Shown: piece after piece, positions 60,154 to 64,000 of the stretch
Position numbering within the stretch: the stretch's first letter is position 1
Layout: each line of letters begins with the position of its first letter
Assembly (NCBI GenBank): GCA_003528115.1
Contig: DOGZ01000023.1
Span: forward strand, 24,231-88,230
Reading direction: 5' to 3'
Length of the DNA stretch: 64,000 nt
Origin: Candidatus Omnitrophota bacterium
GTDB lineage: Bacteria > Omnitrophota > Gorgyraeia > Zapsychrales > Zapsychraceae
The notes under the pieces: generated by a model
What the model was told of the DNA's origin: nothing
Seen by the model: only the letters and a program-made list of their open reading frames with translations
Database searches by the model: none
Made by a program: the position numbers and the translations under genes

Positions 60154-61452
60154 ATGTTCCTGGCGTCGCCGGGTAATGAAAAGAGAGAGATGTTAGAAGA
60201 CATAAAAGAAAGGGTCCATCGTTACCTTATTAATGAGACGGAATTCCTTAAGGTCAAAGACAGAATGACCGAAGATCAACTCAGGAGTTTCGTTAATGAT
60301 GCCATCTTGGATCTTTGCCATCAGGAGAAGATCCGAATGGAGCCGGAGCATCGGCTTATCCTCGTCAGGACTCTTGTCAGCGCGATTATCAGTCTGGGCC
60401 CCTTAAGACCATTGATGGAAGATAAAGCGGTTACGGAAATCATGGTCAATGGATACAACCGTGTGTATATCCAGAAAGAGGGACGGATTTCTCTGACAGA
60501 TATTAAATTTGATGATAACCGTCATCTCCAACATACCATCCATAAGCTATTAACCGCGTCGGGATCGAACAAACGGCTGGATGAATCGTCTCCGTATGTC
60601 GATTTCTCGCTCACGGACGGATCCCGGGTGAACGTTATCCTGCCGCCTTGCTCATTAATTGGGCCTGTCATGACGATCCGTAAGTTTAAAGATGATATTG
60701 GGACCGTGGATGACTTGATCAGGCTTAAAGAACTCGATAAGCAGATCGCCGCGCTTCTCATCGGGGCCATGAAGGCCAAACTTAATGTGGTTTTTTGTGG
60801 ATCGACAGGGGCTGGAAAGACAACAGCCTTAAACGTATTTTCCCGTCATATCCCTTCGTATGAACGGATTGTGACTATTGAAGATACCCCCGAGCTGCAC
60901 CTCTTGCAGGAGCACGTCGTTTCGTTGGCTTCAAAACAGGCCAACATTGAAGGGAAGGGAGATATTTCTATTCGGGAGTTGTTTGTCAACTCTTTGCGCA
61001 TGCGCCCGGACCGCATTATCATGGGAGAAGTCCGCGGAGAAGAAATGTTGGATTTAATCCAGTCGATCAGCAGCGGGCACAGTGGTTCTCTGGCTGTCGT
61101 TCACGCCGAGACGCCGGAGGATTGTTTCAACCGGATGGTCACCATGAATTTAATGACAGGGATTCGTCTGAGCACTCAGGAAATTCAAAAGCAGGTAGCC
61201 AAAGCGATTGATCTGATTGTCCATATAGAATTATTTATGGATGGGCGGCGGCGTATCACGTATGTTACAGATGTTTCTTATGACGACAATACGGGGAAAG
61301 TTTTATTGCATGACATTTTCCAGTTTCATCAAAAAGGCGTGTCAGAACAGGGGGATATTATAGGGGAGTGGAGGATGGATAAAAGAAGGCCGTCTTTTAT
61401 GAAAAAGTTTGAAAAACGGCGGGTCATCCTTCCCGAGGGATTTTTTGAATAA
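60154..61452 (+). CDS. CpaF/TadA-type secretion ATPase (T2SS/T4SS-E family), orphan
   Basis: Walker A 'GSTGAGKTT'; 'IVTIEDTPELHL' Asp box; 'RPDRIIMGEVRGEE' Walker B/His box; about 430 aa. No other tad/cpa genes are nearby. Confidence 0.7.
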   Translation: MFLASPGNEKREMLEDIKERVHRYLINETEFLKVKDRMTEDQLRSFVNDAILDLCHQEKIRMEPEHRLILVRTLVSAIISLGPLRPLMEDKAVTEIMVNGYNRVYIQKEGRISLTDIKFDDNRHLQHTIHKLLTASGSNKRLDESSPYVDFSLTDGSRVNVILPPCSLIGPVMTIRKFKDDIGTVDDLIRLKELDKQIAALLIGAMKAKLNVVFCGSTGAGKTTALNVFSRHIPSYERIVTIEDTPELHLLQEHVVSLASKQANIEGKGDISIRELFVNSLRMRPDRIIMGEVRGEEMLDLIQSISSGHSGSLAVVHAETPEDCFNRMVTMNLMTGIRLSTQEIQKQVAKAIDLIVHIELFMDGRRRITYVTDVSYDDNTGKVLLHDIFQFHQKGVSEQGDIIGEWRMDKRRPSFMKKFEKRRVILPEGFFE

Positions 61453-61467
61453 GAGAGAGATGCGTAG

Positions 61468-62727
61468 ATGTATTGGTCTAAATTTTTTATCCCAACGTTG
61501 AAGGAAGACCCCATCGGAACAGAGGCCGTCAGTCATCGGCTGCTGTTACGGGCCGGATTAGTGCATATGTTGACTTCCGGGGTGTACTCGTATTTGCCTT
61601 TGGGCTTGAAGGTCCTGCGGCGTATTGAGCGTATTATTCGTGAGGAGATGGAGGCGGTCGGCGCGCGGGAACTCTTTTTGCCGTGTCTGCATCCGCTGGA
61701 GTTGTGGAAGAAAACAGGACGAGATCAAGTTCTCGCCGATGTTATGATCAAATTTCAAGACGGCCGAGGGCGGTCCATGTGTTTGGGGCCGACGCATGAG
61801 GAGGTCATTACGGATTTAGTTAAGGATTTCGTCAAGTCCTACCGTCAGCTCCCCGTGGTTTTGTATCAGATTCAAACAAAGTTCCGCGATGAGCTTCGTA
61901 CGCGATTTGGCATTGTCCGGGCCTGCGAGTTTATTATGAAAGACGCGTATAGCTTTGATCGCGACAAGGAAGGGTTAAAGAAAAATTATCAATTGATGTT
62001 TGAAGCCTATAAGAAAATCTTTGCGCGGTGCGGTTTAGACACGCTCATTCTGGAGGCGGATTCCGGGGCCATGGGCGGAGATGTCTCGCATGAGTTTATG
62101 GTGCCCGCTTCGATCGGAGAGGATCATGTCCTTTTGTGTCCTTCGTGTGGATTTCATAGCGGGCTTCATGGGCCAAAGGAAGAAGACGGCCTTTGTCCTC
62201 AATGCCGGAAAGCGACGCTGACAAAACAGGTGGCGATTGAACTGGGCCATATTTTTCAGTTGGGGACAAAATACAGCCTAGCCCAAGAAGCTTATTTTCT
62301 CGATGAAGATGGCCAGAAGAAACCGATGATTATGGGGTGTTACGGCATTGGCGTCAGCCGCGTTATCGCGGCGATTATCGAAAAAAGTCATGATGAAAAA
62401 GGCATCATCTGGCCGAGGCAAGTGACTCCTTTTGACATTGAGATCCTGCCGTTGCACGCCTCGGGGCAGGATGAAGAAATCGTCACTTTAGCATCTCGTT
62501 ATCACGACGAATTGACTCAGGCCGGATTTGATGTGCTGGTAGATGACCGGGAAGACACCCCGGGACGTAAATTTAACGACGCTGATCTCATCGGAATCCC
62601 GCTGCGCGTTATCATCGGAAGAAAAAATCTGGTCAATGGTAAGGTAGAAATCAAGAACCGGCAAACGCAAGAGGTGATTTTAGTTGATAAACATGAAGTT
62701 ATTAAAACGCTTTCTTCTTTTTTATAG
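61468..62727 (+). CDS. proS: Prolyl-tRNA synthetase, short bacterial-type lacking the INS editing domain; has an inserted CxxC...CxxC zinc-ribbon-like segment
   Basis: The N-terminus parallels E. coli ProS ('TLKE...VSHRLLLRAGL...LPLGLKVLRRIERIIREEM...ELW'). Only 419 aa. 'CPSCGFHSGLHGPKEEDGLCPQCRK' sits where INS would be. Confidence 0.75.
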   Translation: MYWSKFFIPTLKEDPIGTEAVSHRLLLRAGLVHMLTSGVYSYLPLGLKVLRRIERIIREEMEAVGARELFLPCLHPLELWKKTGRDQVLADVMIKFQDGRGRSMCLGPTHEEVITDLVKDFVKSYRQLPVVLYQIQTKFRDELRTRFGIVRACEFIMKDAYSFDRDKEGLKKNYQLMFEAYKKIFARCGLDTLILEADSGAMGGDVSHEFMVPASIGEDHVLLCPSCGFHSGLHGPKEEDGLCPQCRKATLTKQVAIELGHIFQLGTKYSLAQEAYFLDEDGQKKPMIMGCYGIGVSRVIAAIIEKSHDEKGIIWPRQVTPFDIEILPLHASGQDEEIVTLASRYHDELTQAGFDVLVDDREDTPGRKFNDADLIGIPLRVIIGRKNLVNGKVEIKNRQTQEVILVDKHEVIKTLSSFL

Positions 62728-62734
62728 GCAATGA

Positions 62735-63226
62735 ATGAAAAATAAAGATGCCGGAGACATCGCAAGACCCATGTTTGAAAATTTGACAGAACAAGTAAAA
62801 AACCTCATAATACCCTTCGCCGCGACATTGGACGTTGAGGTCATTGAGCTCAAGATCAGACGCCGGGGCAAATCTGTTCTCATTGAAGTTCTGGCGGATA
62901 AAGAACACGGCGGGATCACGATTGATGAATGCAGTTCGATCAATAAATTTTTGTCGAAGCAATTAGAAGAGGGGATAATGATTGATGGGGATTACATGGT
63001 TGATGTTTCCTCTCCCGGGTTGGATCGGCCGTTGCGGACTCAAAAAGATTTTCAAAGAGTTGTGGGCCGTGAAGTCAGATTTTATCTTTCACAGCCGCTG
63101 GAGAATAAGAGAGAGTTAGTAGGGGTCATAAAAGAGGTTTTAGAGAAAGGGATTGTTATTGATTCGAAGCAAAACCCTCTTACTGTTTCTCTGGAAACCA
63201 TTCAGAAGGCTGTGCAGGTAATATAA
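62735..63226 (+). CDS. rimP: Ribosome maturation factor RimP
   Basis: 'VDVSSPGLDRPL' RimP signature. Immediately upstream of nusA. Confidence 0.8.
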   Translation: MKNKDAGDIARPMFENLTEQVKNLIIPFAATLDVEVIELKIRRRGKSVLIEVLADKEHGGITIDECSSINKFLSKQLEEGIMIDGDYMVDVSSPGLDRPLRTQKDFQRVVGREVRFYLSQPLENKRELVGVIKEVLEKGIVIDSKQNPLTVSLETIQKAVQVI

Positions 63227-63369
63227 CAAATTAATAATTTAGACCTTAGTGCCGTGTTACCTAAATTATTTACAGAAGAACACAGTACAATACTGCGTAC
63301 ATTTGCAAATAAATATGTTCAAAACTCAGGTAACGAAGTATTAGTCTTTGATAAGGAAGGAATGAAGGT

Positions 63370-64000
63370 ATGGAAAGCAGTGAATTGTTGGGCATATTGG
63401 AACAATTGGAACGCGATAAAGGGATCCAAAAGGAAATCCTTATCGAGGCGGTAGAGGCGGCTGTTGCCTCCGCGGCCAAAAAATTATGGACCGTAGGCAA
63501 GGACGATGAGGTTCGCGTTGTCCTTAATACAAAAACAGGTAAGCTGACGGCTTATGCCGGTGAGCAGGAAATCCGTTCAAGCGAATTCGGCCGTATTGCC
63601 GCGCAAACAGCCAAACAGGTTGTGATTCAAAAAATCCGCGAGGCGGAAAAAGATGTGGTTTTTAATGAATACCACTCCAGGATCGGCGAAATCATTTCAG
63701 GGGGAGTTTACCGTTTTGAAAAGGGCAACATCATTATTGATCTCGGTAAGACAGAAGCGTGCATTCCCAAGAAGGAGCAGTCTGGCAAAGAAGAGTTCCG
63801 GCAGGGCGACAGGATACGGGCTTATCTTTTGGACGTTTCGCGTGAAAGCAGGGGGCCGCAGATCATTTTATCGCGAGCGCATCCGAATTTTGTCAAAAGG
63901 CTTTTCGAAATGGAGGTCCCGGAAATTTATGAAGGCATCGTGGAGATCAAATCTATATCCCGCGACGTAGGCGAAAGGACGAAAGTCGCGGTGTATTCCA
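63370..64000 (+). CDS. nusA: Transcription termination/antitermination factor NusA (N-terminal and S1 regions; 3' end beyond the window)
   Basis: Translated by hand from the ATG at 63370, after AAGGAAGG. The frame stays open to the window end. 'KGIQKEILIEAVEAAVASAAKK...' and the S1-like 'GEIISGGVYRFEKGNIIIDLGKTEACIPKKEQ' parallel NusA. It is missing from the ORF track because it has no in-window stop. Confidence 0.8.
   Translation, partial: MESSELLGILEQLERDKGIQKEILIEAVEAAVASAAKKLWTVGKDDEVRVVLNTKTGKLTAYAGEQEIRSSEFGRIAAQTAKQVVIQKIREAEKDVVFNEYHSRIGEIISGGVYRFEKGNIIIDLGKTEACIPKKEQSGKEEFRQGDRIRAYLLDVSRESRGPQIILSRAHPNFVKRLFEMEVPEIYEGIVEIKSISRDVGERTKVAVYS

Overview
This 64 kb window is a dense, mostly plus-strand, roughly 50% GC chromosomal segment from a diderm (LPS-producing) bacterium. 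No CRISPR array, rRNA or intact transposase was seen. It is dominated by recognisable housekeeping operons.

The recognisable genes fall into these groups:
- Lipid A genes: lpxB on the minus strand next to a Gfo/Idh/MocA oxidoreductase, then msbA.
- Translation: rpsB-tsf-pyrH-frr, a tRNA Lys-Leu-Gly cluster, and proS-rimP-nusA at the right edge.
- Nitrogen-PTS cluster: ptsN, a membrane-anchored YvcK homologue, ptsH and ptsI.
- Methyl cycle and amino-acid biosynthesis: metK, ahcY, ilvC, leuA, aroE, aroK, and a serC-like aminotransferase with serA.
- DNA processing: dprA, topA and xerC.
- Lipid A / Kdo / LPS inner core (about 28.5-47.8 kb): waaA, lpxK, an LpxL-family acyltransferase fused to an ELM1/COG3660-like domain, two GT4 and four GT9 (heptosyltransferase-family) glycosyltransferases including a GT4-GT9 fusion, hldE kinase, kdsB-kdsA-kdsD-kdsC, an LptC/LptA-like fusion and lptB.
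- Other: a PPIase-less trigger factor with clpP, purA, an OmpA-like lipoprotein, the uppS-cdsA-dxr-rseP cluster and an orphan CpaF-like secretion ATPase.

The one clear accessory insertion is an AT-rich islet of about 2.7 kb (37.2-39.9 kb) that splits the heptosyltransferase cluster. It carries an intact AbiEi/AbiEii type IV toxin-antitoxin (abortive-infection) pair, followed by rearranged pseudogene fragments of a COG2865 (AlbA_2-HATPase-wHTH) gene. This looks like a decaying defence islet.

Other points worth follow-up:
- A 22-cysteine small secreted protein sits beside a 1029-aa GH94-like (alpha/alpha)6 protein.
- Several domain fusions or losses occur in LPS and chaperone genes.
- A near-consensus sigma70 promoter with triple CCGTTTTC repeats sits upstream of aroK.

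All calls come from reading the translations and DNA motifs by eye. No database searches were run.
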